Positions 18,179-27,603 of a stretch of DNA of 64,000 nucleotides are shown one piece after another. How positions within the stretch are numbered: the first letter of the stretch is position 1; every line of letters begins with the position of its first letter. Source of the DNA: Bacilli bacterium (GTDB lineage: Bacteria > Bacillota_I > Bacilli_A > RFN20 > CAG-826); the NCBI GenBank assembly GCA_016296775.1, contig JAEDIE010000001.1, positions 18,131 through 82,130 on the forward strand. The letters run 5' to 3'. Under the pieces are notes generated by a model. That model saw nothing but the letters and a program-made list of their open reading frames with translations. It was not told the DNA's origin and ran no database searches. The translations under genes and the position numbers were made by a program.

Positions 18179-19122
18179 TGAACACATTTCTTTGGACCAA
18201 AATAATGAAGGGAAGATTTTATATGAAGTTCACAAAAGAGTTCAGGTTAAAATGGTAAAAAATACTTGAACGGAGAAATGATTCTAAAGTTTGGAGATGG
18301 ATCAAAACACAATTGCTCTAAAACTGTAAGGGCATGGGTTAAGCTTTATGGAATATCATGGAGAAGAAGGCTTGAGCCATCGCTATAACAATAGGACAAT
18401 CAAAGAAAAAGAATATGCTGTTAAGAGATTTCTTGTTGGAGAAAGCAAAACTGATGTTGCCGCTTCTTTAGGAATAAGTAAATCCATTTTATCTGAATGA
18501 ATTAACATTATTTTAAAAAAGGAATTTCTGGTATAGAATTAAATCACTTATTGGGAAGGCCACCAAAAATGTCTAAAAACACACTAGGAAGAAAAACTCG
18601 CGCTGAATTAGAAAAAGAATATAAATTTTTAAAGACAGAGGGCGAATATTTAAAAAAATTAGATGCCTTAGTTCAAAAATGAAACGTGCTACAATCGAAG
18701 AAAAAGTAAAGATTGTTAATGTATTAAGGCACAAGTATAAATTAAGCACCTTATTGGAAATTTCAAAACTATCTAAATCAACATATTTTTTCACTCTTAA
18801 CAAAGTAAACTTAGATGATAAAAACAAAGAAATTATTAATGAGATTATTGATATTTATTACTTTAATAAATCAAGATATGGTTATAGAAGAATAACTCAA
18901 GAACTTAAAAATAGATGTTTTATAGTTAACTATAAAAAGTTAAACGTATTATATCACCATTAGGTATTTTTGGTATTAAAACAAGCAATTATTGATTATA
19001 TCAATTACTACAACAACGATAGAATTTCTTGCAAATTAAAAGGACTGAGTCTGAATAACTTTAGACATCAGTCCATTCAACCCCTTATAATTTAATTGAA
19101 CTTGTCCAATAAAGTGGGTTCA
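18179..19122 (+). mobile_element. Degraded IS3-family (IS150-like) insertion sequence with recognisable terminal inverted repeats and an internal deletion
   Basis: The left inverted repeat (IRL) is TGAACACATTTCTTTGGACCAAAAT. The reverse complement of the right end (IRR) is TGAACCCACTTTATTGGACAAGTTCA, which matches about 20 of 26 positions. The internal frames encode OrfA-like (HTH, LGRPPKMSKNT...EYLKK) and OrfB N- and C-terminal fragments broken by stops. The integrase core is missing. Confidence 0.6.
18297..18963 (+). pseudogene. IS3-family transposase orfAB remnant (multiple stops and frameshifts)
   Basis: Conceptual translation gives IS3 OrfA-like segments and the OrfB start RYGYRRITQELKNRCFIV, interrupted by in-frame TGA/TAA stops. 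The C-terminal ...NNDRISCKLKGLS fragment lies near 19000-19060. Confidence 0.55.
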
Positions 19123-19160
19123 CTTCAAATTTGGGGTACCTCTCATTTTGTGCCTTATTT

Positions 19161-20795
19161 TTATAATTTTGGTCCTGCATTTACTAAAGCTTTTCCTGCA
19201 TCATTTGTTTCATATTTTTTAAAGTTTTTAATAAATAATGAAGCAAGATTTTTAGCTTTTTCATCCCAATCAGAAGGATTTACATAGGTATCTCTTGGAT
19301 CAAGAATTTTTGTATCAACTCCTTCAAGAATAGTAGGAACTTCTAAATCAAAGTATGGAATTTTCTTTGTTGGAGCTTCATTGATTTTTCCATTTAAGAT
19401 GGCATCAATAATTCCACGTGTATCTTTAATTGAAATACGTTTTCCTGTACCATTCCATCCTGTATTAACTAAATAAGCTTTAGCACCACTAACTTGCATT
19501 TTTCTAACAAGTTCATGAGCATATTTTGTTGGATGAAGTTCAAGGAATGCTTGTCCAAAGCAAGCAGAGAATGTTGGAGTTGGTTCAGTAATTCCTCTTT
19601 CTGTACCAGCAAGTTTAGCTGTAAATCCACTTAAGAAATAATATTGAGTTTGTTCAGGAGTGAGGATTGAAACAGGAGGTAAAACACCAAAAGCATCAGC
19701 TGATAAGAAAATAACATCTTTAGCCATTGGAGCACTTGATATAGGTTTTACAATATTGTTAATGTGATGAATTGGATAGGAAACACGTGTATTTTCAGTA
19801 ACAGATTTATCAGTAAAATCAATTTTACCATTTGCATCAACAGTAACATTTTCTAAAAGAGCATCACGTCTAATAGCGTTATAAATATCTGGTTCAGATT
19901 CTTTATCAAGGTTAATAACTTTAGCATAGCATCCACCTTCAAAATTAAAGACGCCATTATCATCCCAACCATGTTCATCATCACCAATTAATAATCTTTT
20001 TGGATCTGTAGATAATGTAGTTTTTCCTGTTCCTGATAAACCAAAGAAGATAGCAGTATTTTTACCTTCTAAATCGGTATTAGCTGAACAGTGCATACTA
20101 GCAATTCCTTTTAATGGAAGGTAGTAGTTCATCATTGAGAAGATACCTTTTTTCATTTCGCCACCATACCAAGTATTGATGATGACTTGTTCTCTACTTG
20201 TAATATTGAAAATTACAGCGGTTTCAGAATTTAATCCTAATTCTTTATAGTTTTCAACTTTAGCTTTACTTGCATTATATACAACAAAATCTGGAACGAA
20301 GTTTTCTAATTCGTCTTCAGTTGGTCTAATGAACATGTTTTTAATAAAGTGAGCTTGCCATGCAACTTCAACAATAAATCTAACAGCCATTCTTGTATCT
20401 TTATTTGCACCAGCAAATCCATCAACTACAAATAATCTCTTATTTGATAATTCTTTTGTAGCAATCTTTTTACATTCTTCCCAAGCATGAATAGAAGCTT
20501 TATGGTTATCATTCTTGTATTCATCGCTTGTCCACCAAATAGTATCTTTGCTATTTTCATCTTCAACAATAAATTTATCCTTAGGTGAACGTCCTGTGTA
20601 AACACCAGTCATTACGTTAACTGCACCAAGTTCAGTTTCTTGACCCTTTTCAAATCCTTCAAGGGTAGAAGAAGTTTCTTCTTCAAATAATAATTCGTAA
20701 CTTGGATTGTAGACAATTTCTTTTACATTTGTAATTCCACGTTCTTCTAAGAACTTTGTTAATTCTATTTTTTTCATTAAAGTTTGTGCCTCCAT
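19161..20795 (-). CDS. pckA: Phosphoenolpyruvate carboxykinase (ATP)
   Basis: Kinase P-loop [11 protein letters not shown]. 544 aa. PEPCK-ATP family motifs. Confidence 0.9.
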   Translation of the reverse strand: MEAQTLMKKIELTKFLEERGITNVKEIVYNPSYELLFEEETSSTLEGFEKGQETELGAVNVMTGVYTGRSPKDKFIVEDENSKDTIWWTSDEYKNDNHKASIHAWEECKKIATKELSNKRLFVVDGFAGANKDTRMAVRFIVEVAWQAHFIKNMFIRPTEDELENFVPDFVVYNASKAKVENYKELGLNSETAVIFNITSREQVIINTWYGGEMKKGIFSMMNYYLPLKGIASMHCSANTDLEGKNTAIFFGLSGTGKTTLSTDPKRLLIGDDEHGWDDNGVFNFEGGCYAKVINLDKESEPDIYNAIRRDALLENVTVDANGKIDFTDKSVTENTRVSYPIHHINNIVKPISSAPMAKDVIFLSADAFGVLPPVSILTPEQTQYYFLSGFTAKLAGTERGITEPTPTFSACFGQAFLELHPTKYAHELVRKMQVSGAKAYLVNTGWNGTGKRISIKDTRGIIDAILNGKINEAPTKKIPYFDLEVPTILEGVDTKILDPRDTYVNPSDWDEKAKNLASLFIKNFKKYETNDAGKALVNAGPKL

Positions 20796-20977
20796 TGATA
20801 TAAAAATTTTTAATAAAATTAAAATTTCATAATCGATTAAATGTTATCAATTAATATAACGAAATTCAACTTAAACACATTGTGATTTAATGTATAAACA
20901 ATTTAATATCAAAATATTTCATGATATAATAAGTTTGATTTTGGGATTTTTTCTATAAGTGCAAAAAATCACAAAAA

Positions 20978-20997
20978 TTAATGATTTAAATCATTAA
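20978..20997. promoter_or_regulatory. 20-bp perfect palindrome TTAATGATTTAAATCATTAA, 25 nt upstream of the oad operon start; candidate operator
   Basis: Identical to its own reverse complement. It lies in the pckA/oad divergent promoter region. Confidence 0.35.
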
Positions 20998-21022
20998 TAT
21001 TATTTAGAAAAAGGAGTAAAAG

Positions 21023-22393
21023 ATGGGAGTTAAAATTGTTGAAACAGCTTTAAGAGATGGCCATCAATCACTTTTTGCAACACGTATGACTACTGAAGAA
21101 GTTTTACTTGCTTTAAAGGAACTTGATAAAGTAGGTTATCATGCTTTAGAAGTATGGGGTGGAGCAACTTTTGATGCTTGTTTAAGATTTTTAAATGAAG
21201 ATCCATGGGAGAGACTTAGAAAAATTAAAAAGGTTTGTAAACATACAAAGTTACAAATGTTATTCCGTGGACAAAACATTTTAGGATATCGTCATTATGC
21301 TGATGATGTAGTTGAAAAGTTTGTTAAATTATCAATTAAAAATGGTATTGACATTATTCGTGTATTTGATGCTTTAAATGATATTAGAAATTTAGAATGT
21401 GCAGTTAAAGCTACAAAGAAATATGGTGGGGAATGTCAAATTGCTTTAAGTTATACAACTAGTCCAGTTCATACAATTGAATATTATGTTAATTTAGCTA
21501 AACAAGTTGAAGCTTTAGGTGCTGATTCACTTTGTATTAAGGATATGGCTGGTGTTTTACTTCCTGAAACTGCTTATCAATTAATTAAAGCAATAAAAGA
21601 AAATACTAAATTACCAGTTGAATTACATTCACATTGTACTGGTGGATTAATGGAAATGACATATATGAGAGCCATTCAAGCTGGTGTTGATATTATTGAT
21701 ACAGCTCTTTCACCTTTAAGTGGAGGAACATCTCAACCTTGTACCGAATCAATTAATTATGCTTTAGAAGGTACAGAATATGATCCAAAACTTAATAAAG
21801 AAATGCTTGAATTAGCTGCTATAAAATTAGCTCCTGTTAGACAAAAATATTTAAATAATGGTTTACTTAATCCAAAAGTTCTTGGATGCAATCCAAATAT
21901 TCTTAAATACCAAGTTCCTGGAGGAATGTTATCTAACTTAATTTCTCAATTAACTCAACAAGGTGCTTTAGATAAATTAGATGAAGTTTTAGCTGAAGTT
22001 CCTAATGTTAGAAAAGATTTAGGTTATCCACCTCTTGTCACTCCATTAAGTCAAATGGTAGGAACTCAAGCCGTATTAAATGTCTTAAATAAAGAAAGAT
22101 ATAAGATGGTTCCTAAAGAAATTAATGACTATTTGCATGGAAAATATGGACAAGCTCCTGCTATTGTCAATGAAGAAGTTAGACATAAGATTATTGGAAA
22201 TGATGAAGTTATTACTTATCGTCCAGCTGATGATTTAAAACCTGAATTTAAATCTTTAAAAGAACAATATAAAGGAATTGCTAAATCTGATGAAGATGTA
22301 TTAAGTATTGCTTTATTCCAAGACATTGCAATTAAGTTTCTTAAAAGAAGAAATGAAGATTTAAAACCAACAGTTATTAAATTAGAGGCTTAG
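21023..22393 (+). CDS. oadA: Oxaloacetate decarboxylase alpha-type carboxyltransferase subunit. It has the HMGL-like/PYC-OADA domain and no biotinyl domain.
   Basis: N-terminal ETALRDGHQS pyruvate carboxyltransferase motif. 456 aa. No AMKM/biotin motif in this protein. Confidence 0.8.
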   Translation: MGVKIVETALRDGHQSLFATRMTTEEVLLALKELDKVGYHALEVWGGATFDACLRFLNEDPWERLRKIKKVCKHTKLQMLFRGQNILGYRHYADDVVEKFVKLSIKNGIDIIRVFDALNDIRNLECAVKATKKYGGECQIALSYTTSPVHTIEYYVNLAKQVEALGADSLCIKDMAGVLLPETAYQLIKAIKENTKLPVELHSHCTGGLMEMTYMRAIQAGVDIIDTALSPLSGGTSQPCTESINYALEGTEYDPKLNKEMLELAAIKLAPVRQKYLNNGLLNPKVLGCNPNILKYQVPGGMLSNLISQLTQQGALDKLDEVLAEVPNVRKDLGYPPLVTPLSQMVGTQAVLNVLNKERYKMVPKEINDYLHGKYGQAPAIVNEEVRHKIIGNDEVITYRPADDLKPEFKSLKEQYKGIAKSDEDVLSIALFQDIAIKFLKRRNEDLKPTVIKLEA

Positions 22394-22395
22394 TT

Positions 22396-22695
22396 ATGAT
22401 TTTAGATAATTATTTAGAAAACCTTGGTTACGATAACTATTGGATGGCATTATTAATTTCATTATTTGCAATCTTAGTTGTTTTTGGAATATTAACTCTT
22501 ATTATTGGTGCATGTTCATTAATATTTAAAGCTATAAATAGCGTAGATAAGAAAATGAACATTCTTCCAAAAGAAGAAAACAAAATACTAGAAACTGATA
22601 AAGATGCTGTTGTTGCTTCGATTGTAGCAACTATTGAATTTAATAAAGAAACCGGAAAAGATGCTAAGTTAGTTAGTATTAAAAGGATTGATTAA
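22396..22695 (+). CDS. Small membrane subunit, OadG-like (gamma)
   Basis: 99 aa with a single N-terminal TM. Position between the alpha and beta subunits. Confidence 0.5.
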   Translation: MILDNYLENLGYDNYWMALLISLFAILVVFGILTLIIGACSLIFKAINSVDKKMNILPKEENKILETDKDAVVASIVATIEFNKETGKDAKLVSIKRID

Positions 22696-22707
22696 GGAGA
22701 TAAACTT

Positions 22708-23061
22708 ATGAAGATTTATAAAATTAAAGTTAATGGAAAAACATATCGTGTTGAACTTGAATCAATTGAAGAAGTAAGTTCTGAACCAATTAAAGAAGTT
22801 GGTGAAGTTAAAAAGAGTGAACCTGTTGTTTCAACTTCTTCAACTGGAGGAACTCCAGTATTAGCTCCAATTCAAGGAAACGTTCTTGATGTTAAAGTTA
22901 GTGTTGGAAAGCAAGTTAAAAAAGGTGACTGCTTATTAATCATTGAAGCTATGAAACTTGAAAATGAAGTACTTGCTCCAGTTGATGGTGTAGTTAGTGA
23001 AATTATTGTTACAAAAGGTAAAACCGTTACTAATAAAGAATTGTTACTTACAATAAAATAA
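22708..23061 (+). CDS. Biotin carboxyl carrier protein (stand-alone biotinyl domain)
   Basis: Biotinyl-lysine motif IEAMKLENEV in a hammerhead-like C-terminal domain. Pro/Ser-rich linker. Confidence 0.8.
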   Translation: MKIYKIKVNGKTYRVELESIEEVSSEPIKEVGEVKKSEPVVSTSSTGGTPVLAPIQGNVLDVKVSVGKQVKKGDCLLIIEAMKLENEVLAPVDGVVSEIIVTKGKTVTNKELLLTIK

Positions 23062-23073
23062 TAGGTAAAACAT

Positions 23074-24282
23074 ATGAATTTTGATTTCGTTATTGATTTT
23101 TTCAAAAATCTTTGGGAAAGCACAGGTATTCGTCAATTCTTCGTTGAAGGAGGATGGCAAAACCTTGTAATGATTCTTATTTCCTTTGTTTTACTTTTTT
23201 TAGCAATCAAAAAGAAATTTGAACCTTATCTTTTAGTCCCAATTGCTTTTGGAATGTTGCTCGTTAATTTACCTGGAGTTAAAGAAGTTATATTTAAAAA
23301 GACAATTGTAAGTACAACAGATCCAGTTAGTGGTGTAGTAAGTGAATCGTATAAGTATGAAGGTTTGCTTGGTTACTTATATTATGGAATTAAATATGAA
23401 ATTTACCCATGTTTAATATTCCTTTGTATTGGTGCTACTACTGATTTTGGACCATTAATTGCAAATAAAAAGACTATGCTTTTAGGAGCTGCTGCTCAAA
23501 TTGGTGTCTTTATTACTTTCTTAGGAGCTTTAGCTTTAGGATTTAATGGTTTAGAAGCTGCTGCTATTGGTATTATTGGAGGAGCTGATGGACCAACTGC
23601 TATTCTTGTTACTACAAAACTTGCTCCAGAATTATTAGCTCCTATCTCAGTTGCTGCATATTCTTATATGGCTCTTGTTCCAATTATTCAACCTCCAATT
23701 ATGAAGTTATTAACTACTAAAAAGGAAAGATCTATTAAGATGGAACAATTAAGGCCTGTTTCAAAAAGAGAAAAGATTTTATTCCCAATTATCGTTGCTA
23801 CAATTACAATTTTGATTGTTCCTTCATGTGCTCCTTTAATTGGATGCTTAATGCTTGGAAATTTAATTAAAGAAAGTGGTGTAGTTCCAAAAATTACAGA
23901 TGCATTAGCTAATTCATTAATGTATATTGTCACTGTCTTAATTGGACTTTGTGTTGGAGCTACTGCTACAGGAGAAACCTTCCTTAGCCTTCAAACATTA
24001 GAAATTTTTGCTTTAGGTATTGTTGCTTTCTCAGTTGCTACTGCATTTGGTGTATTAGCTGGAAAAGTAATGTGTGTTGCAACAAAAGGAAAGGTAAATC
24101 CTCTTATTGGTGCAGCTGGTGTTAGTGCTGTTCCAATGGCTGCTCGTGTTGTACATAAAGTTGGTAGAGATGAAGATCCATCTAATTTCTTATTAATGCA
24201 TGCAATGGGACCAAACGTTGCTGGTGTTATTGGTAGTGCTGTTGCTGCTGGTATCTTCTTGATGCTTGCTGGAATTATGTAA
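23074..24282 (+). CDS. oadB: Na+-transporting decarboxylase beta subunit (OadB/GcdB family)
   Basis: Polytopic protein of about 400 aa with an OadB-like glycine/alanine-rich TM core. Confidence 0.75.
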   Translation: MNFDFVIDFFKNLWESTGIRQFFVEGGWQNLVMILISFVLLFLAIKKKFEPYLLVPIAFGMLLVNLPGVKEVIFKKTIVSTTDPVSGVVSESYKYEGLLGYLYYGIKYEIYPCLIFLCIGATTDFGPLIANKKTMLLGAAAQIGVFITFLGALALGFNGLEAAAIGIIGGADGPTAILVTTKLAPELLAPISVAAYSYMALVPIIQPPIMKLLTTKKERSIKMEQLRPVSKREKILFPIIVATITILIVPSCAPLIGCLMLGNLIKESGVVPKITDALANSLMYIVTVLIGLCVGATATGETFLSLQTLEIFALGIVAFSVATAFGVLAGKVMCVATKGKVNPLIGAAGVSAVPMAARVVHKVGRDEDPSNFLLMHAMGPNVAGVIGSAVAAGIFLMLAGIM

Positions 24283-25007
24283 TGGAGAAATTCGATTTAA
24301 TATTATTAGATAGTGTTGATTCTACTAATAGCTATCTTAAGAGAAATTATGAAAAACTACATGATTTAACGGTTGTTTTTTCATCATTTCAAACTGAAGG
24401 CCATGGTAGAATGAATAGAAAATTTTATTCAAAAAAAGGAGAGAACCTCCTTTTTTCTATTCTTATAAAGGATAAAAAACTATTAGAAAAATTTGATTCA
24501 TTATCATTAATGAGTGGATGTTATATTTTTAAAGTACTATCTAAATATGTAAATAATGTAAAAATCAAGTGGCCAAATGATGTTTATATTAATGATAAGA
24601 AGTGCGTAGGAATTTTACTTGAAGGCATTTCTTATTCAAGTTTAGAAGCTATTGTTTTAGGAATAGGAATTAATGTAAATACTATTGATTTTGATGAAGA
24701 AATTAAAAACATTGCTACATCTTTAAAAATAGAAACTAATATAGAATTTGATTTAAATATTTTAAGGAATGAAGTATTAGCTTCTTTAAAAGAGATGGTA
24801 AATGATGCATTAATTGATAAAAAAGATTATTTAAAAATACTAAGAAATAACAATTATTTAAAAGATAAAGAAGTATTAGCATCAATTTATAACAACATTG
24901 AAAAAGTAAAAGTTATTGATATTGCTGATGATAATTCTTTAGTTGTTTTATTTAATAATAAGAAATATTATTTAAAAGAAGGTGAAGTAATAAATACAAA
25001 AATATAA
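24282..25007 (+). CDS. birA: Biotin--protein ligase (class I BirA without a DNA-binding domain)
   Basis: BPL motif QTEGHGRMNRKF...GIGINVN. 241 aa. ATGA overlap with oadB. Confidence 0.8.
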   Translation: MEKFDLILLDSVDSTNSYLKRNYEKLHDLTVVFSSFQTEGHGRMNRKFYSKKGENLLFSILIKDKKLLEKFDSLSLMSGCYIFKVLSKYVNNVKIKWPNDVYINDKKCVGILLEGISYSSLEAIVLGIGINVNTIDFDEEIKNIATSLKIETNIEFDLNILRNEVLASLKEMVNDALIDKKDYLKILRNNNYLKDKEVLASIYNNIEKVKVIDIADDNSLVVLFNNKKYYLKEGEVINTKI

Positions 25008-25180
25008 GGGAAATCATATAGTTTTTAAAAAAATTATTATGTTTATCTTTATATAAATTATTAAATATAATATTACTTTTATTTTAGATATAATTAAGAT
25101 AGATAATAAAAATCTATCTTTTTTTATTTTTTAAAATATTTTTAAGAATTTTTTCGTTATATTTAGTGAAGAGGGTAAAA

Positions 25181-25681
25181 ATGAATAGTGATGTAGCTAT
25201 TATGAAAGGTTTAAAAAACAAGTCAGAAGCTTCATTTAGAAAGCTTTATGACAAGTATTTTCGTTTAGTCTATTATCAAGCATATTTAATCCTTCATTCA
25301 AAAGAAGATTCAGAAGATGTTAGTCAAGATGTATTTATTAAGTTCTATAATAAAGTTGATGAACTTCCTAATGATTTAAACATTAAAAGTTACATCGCAT
25401 TGATGGCTAAAAATACAGCTATCGATCAATATCGAAAGAATCAAAAAGAAAGCGTTACTTTAGATCCTGAAGAGATAGGAAATGAAGATGATTCTTCAAC
25501 ATTACTTGATTCATTTAATGGAATATTAGAAAAAGATGAATCGATTATTCTAACATTAAGGTTAAATTTCAATTATTCGTTTAAAGAAATAGCCTTAGAT
25601 TTGAATCAAACTATCAATGTTGTTCAAGCAAAGTACTATAAAGGGATTAAAAAGATTAAAGAATTTTATTTCAAGAGGTAA
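25181..25681 (+). CDS. ECF-type (group 4) sigma-70 family sigma factor
   Basis: Region 2 VSQDVFIKFY and a region-4 HTH. About 165 aa. RBS gagggt lies upstream of the ATG at 25181. Confidence 0.75.
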   Translation: MNSDVAIMKGLKNKSEASFRKLYDKYFRLVYYQAYLILHSKEDSEDVSQDVFIKFYNKVDELPNDLNIKSYIALMAKNTAIDQYRKNQKESVTLDPEEIGNEDDSSTLLDSFNGILEKDESIILTLRLNFNYSFKEIALDLNQTINVVQAKYYKGIKKIKEFYFKR

Positions 25682-25684
25682 AGT

Positions 25685-27055
25685 ATGAATAAGAAGAAAT
25701 ACGTAGAAGAAATAAATAAAGAAATTGATAAAAATAAAAATTATCAATCTATTAGTTCAAAATTAAATTTTAAAGAAGAAAATAAAAAAGGAGTATTTTA
25801 TATGAAAAACAAAAAATTAATTGCTGGTCTTTGTGGTGGATGCGCTGCTGCTGTTGTAGTTGCTGGTGTTGGTATTGGAGTTGTTTATGGTTTAGATTCA
25901 AAGAAAGAAGGAACACCTACAAGCTTAGTTAAAATGAGTGTTAATCCAGAATTAACAATGGTTTTAGATGAAAATAATACAGTTTTATCTATTAGTGGAG
26001 ATAATGACGAAGGTAAAATGATTATTGCTGATGAAGAAATCGTTGGTAAAGATGTTGATGAAGCTATTGAATATATTATTAAACTTGAAAATGAGACTGG
26101 TTATTTAGTTAGTGGAGAATTTGTTAGTGAACCAAACAAAATCACCATTCAAATTAGTGTAAATGATGAAAATATTAAAAACACTTTAACAAACGTAATC
26201 AATGAAGCAATTACTACAACTTGTGATAAGTTACATATCGAAGAAACAATTTCATGGGCTAAAGATTTTACACGTCAAAATTTAGTTGATTTAGCTTTAA
26301 AAGTTGATCCAACATTGACAGAAGAAGATGCTGCTAAATTAACAAATGAACAGTTGCTTGATATTATTAAACTTTATCAAATTGAAACAGCTTCAATTTA
26401 TACTTGTGAAATTGAAGAATTATATAATCAAGTTAAAGGTTATGAAATTCAATTTGCTGAAACTGAATTTGTTAAAGATGCAGTTAGTTCATTAGGTGGA
26501 CTTTATGATTTAATTGCTAACACTTTACAATCATCAATCATCACACTACAAAATAAAATTGATAGTATTAACAACTTTAGATATGCTACATTTGTTGATC
26601 CAACAAGCGATTATCAAGTTCAAATGGATGAATTAAAAGCTAAAAAGGAAGAAGTTATTGCTGTAAGAAATGAAGTTGCTAATACTGAGGAAAGTGCTTT
26701 AAGAGACCAAAAATTATTAATTCTTGATGCCAAAATTGCAGCTTATGAATCTTGTTACCAAGCTTTAGAATCAATTAAAGCTTCTTGTTTAGCAAATCTT
26801 GATAGCTATGCCGCTTCTCTTCAATCAGCAATTGATTCAATTAATGATATTATCGTTTCTTTACCTACTAAAGATGAAGTTGAAGCTACTTTACAATCAA
26901 AAGCTTCAGAGTTAGATGCAAAATTAAATGAAGTAAAGACAAGTTTCTTCAACGAATTTGAAAAAGAATATAAAGATGATATCGTAGAAGCCAAAAATAA
27001 AGCTATTGAATATAAAGAATCACTTAAACAAAAAGTAAGTGAAGCTAGAATGTAA
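25685..27055 (+). CDS. Single-pass membrane protein with a large coiled-coil ectodomain; putative cognate anti-sigma factor
   Basis: TM segment LIAGLCGGCAAAVVVAGVGIGVVYGL. Located downstream of the ECF sigma factor. An alternative start exists at 25802 with a strong aaggag RBS. Confidence 0.4.
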   Translation: MNKKKYVEEINKEIDKNKNYQSISSKLNFKEENKKGVFYMKNKKLIAGLCGGCAAAVVVAGVGIGVVYGLDSKKEGTPTSLVKMSVNPELTMVLDENNTVLSISGDNDEGKMIIADEEIVGKDVDEAIEYIIKLENETGYLVSGEFVSEPNKITIQISVNDENIKNTLTNVINEAITTTCDKLHIEETISWAKDFTRQNLVDLALKVDPTLTEEDAAKLTNEQLLDIIKLYQIETASIYTCEIEELYNQVKGYEIQFAETEFVKDAVSSLGGLYDLIANTLQSSIITLQNKIDSINNFRYATFVDPTSDYQVQMDELKAKKEEVIAVRNEVANTEESALRDQKLLILDAKIAAYESCYQALESIKASCLANLDSYAASLQSAIDSINDIIVSLPTKDEVEATLQSKASELDAKLNEVKTSFFNEFEKEYKDDIVEAKNKAIEYKESLKQKVSEARM

Positions 27056-27073
27056 TTAAATTATTCTTCTCTT

Positions 27074-27105
27074 AAAAAAGGAATGCTAGTAATGCATTCC
27101 TTTTT
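27074..27105. terminator. Bidirectional rho-independent terminator
   Basis: ggaatgc..gcattcc stem flanked by A6 on one side and T5 on the other, between convergent genes. Confidence 0.6.
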
Positions 27106-27107
27106 GA

Positions 27108-27419
27108 TTATTCTTCTTTGTTATCTTTTTTAGAAATAGTTTCATTAACAAAACTAGCAATTAGTTCAATTAAATCTTCTTTTTCGTATTCATTTAGAAT
27201 ATTTTTAATTCTTTCTAAACAAGTATCTTTTTCTTTAATATCAAGTAAGTAGTCGACACTTACATTAAATAATCTAGCTATTTCTATTAATTTTTGAACT
27301 GGAGGATAACTAATATCGTTTTCCCAATTCAATATAGTTTGACCAGATACTAAAAGCATTTTGCCAAGTTGTTGTTGAGTTAAATTTCTTTCTATTCTTA
27401 ATTCTTTTAATCTTTTCAT
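27108..27419 (-). CDS. XRE-family (Cro/C1 HTH) transcriptional regulator
   Basis: HTH LTQQQLGKMLLVSGQTILNWEN. 103 aa. Confidence 0.8.
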   Translation of the reverse strand: MKRLKELRIERNLTQQQLGKMLLVSGQTILNWENDISYPPVQKLIEIARLFNVSVDYLLDIKEKDTCLERIKNILNEYEKEDLIELIASFVNETISKKDNKEE

Positions 27420-27603
27420 AATTATTATTTCTATAAATTAAAATATATTTTGATTGTTTTGTTAAAAAATCAAATATTTCTTATATTTTTTGCTCATTAT
27501 TCAAGAATTTCTTTTAGTCAAATCAAGAATATTTATAGTTTGAGTTTTTATTATTTATTAAAATGGTTTAATGTTATAAAATTTTAAAAGAAAGCGAGGT
27601 AGT

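Noticed and set aside
18573-18827. 84-aa minus-strand ORF
   Set aside because: Lies inside the decayed IS3 element, antisense to the transposase remnants.
18679-18963. 94-aa ORF as an independent gene
   Set aside because: It is the N-terminal fragment of the IS3 OrfB. It lacks the DDE catalytic core, so it is treated as part of the pseudogene.
19096-19287. 63-aa plus-strand ORF
   Set aside because: Overlaps the right inverted repeat of the IS element and the 3' end of pckA on the opposite strand. No RBS.
22872-23123. Antisense ORF in the biotin carrier gene
   Set aside because: Embedded antisense.
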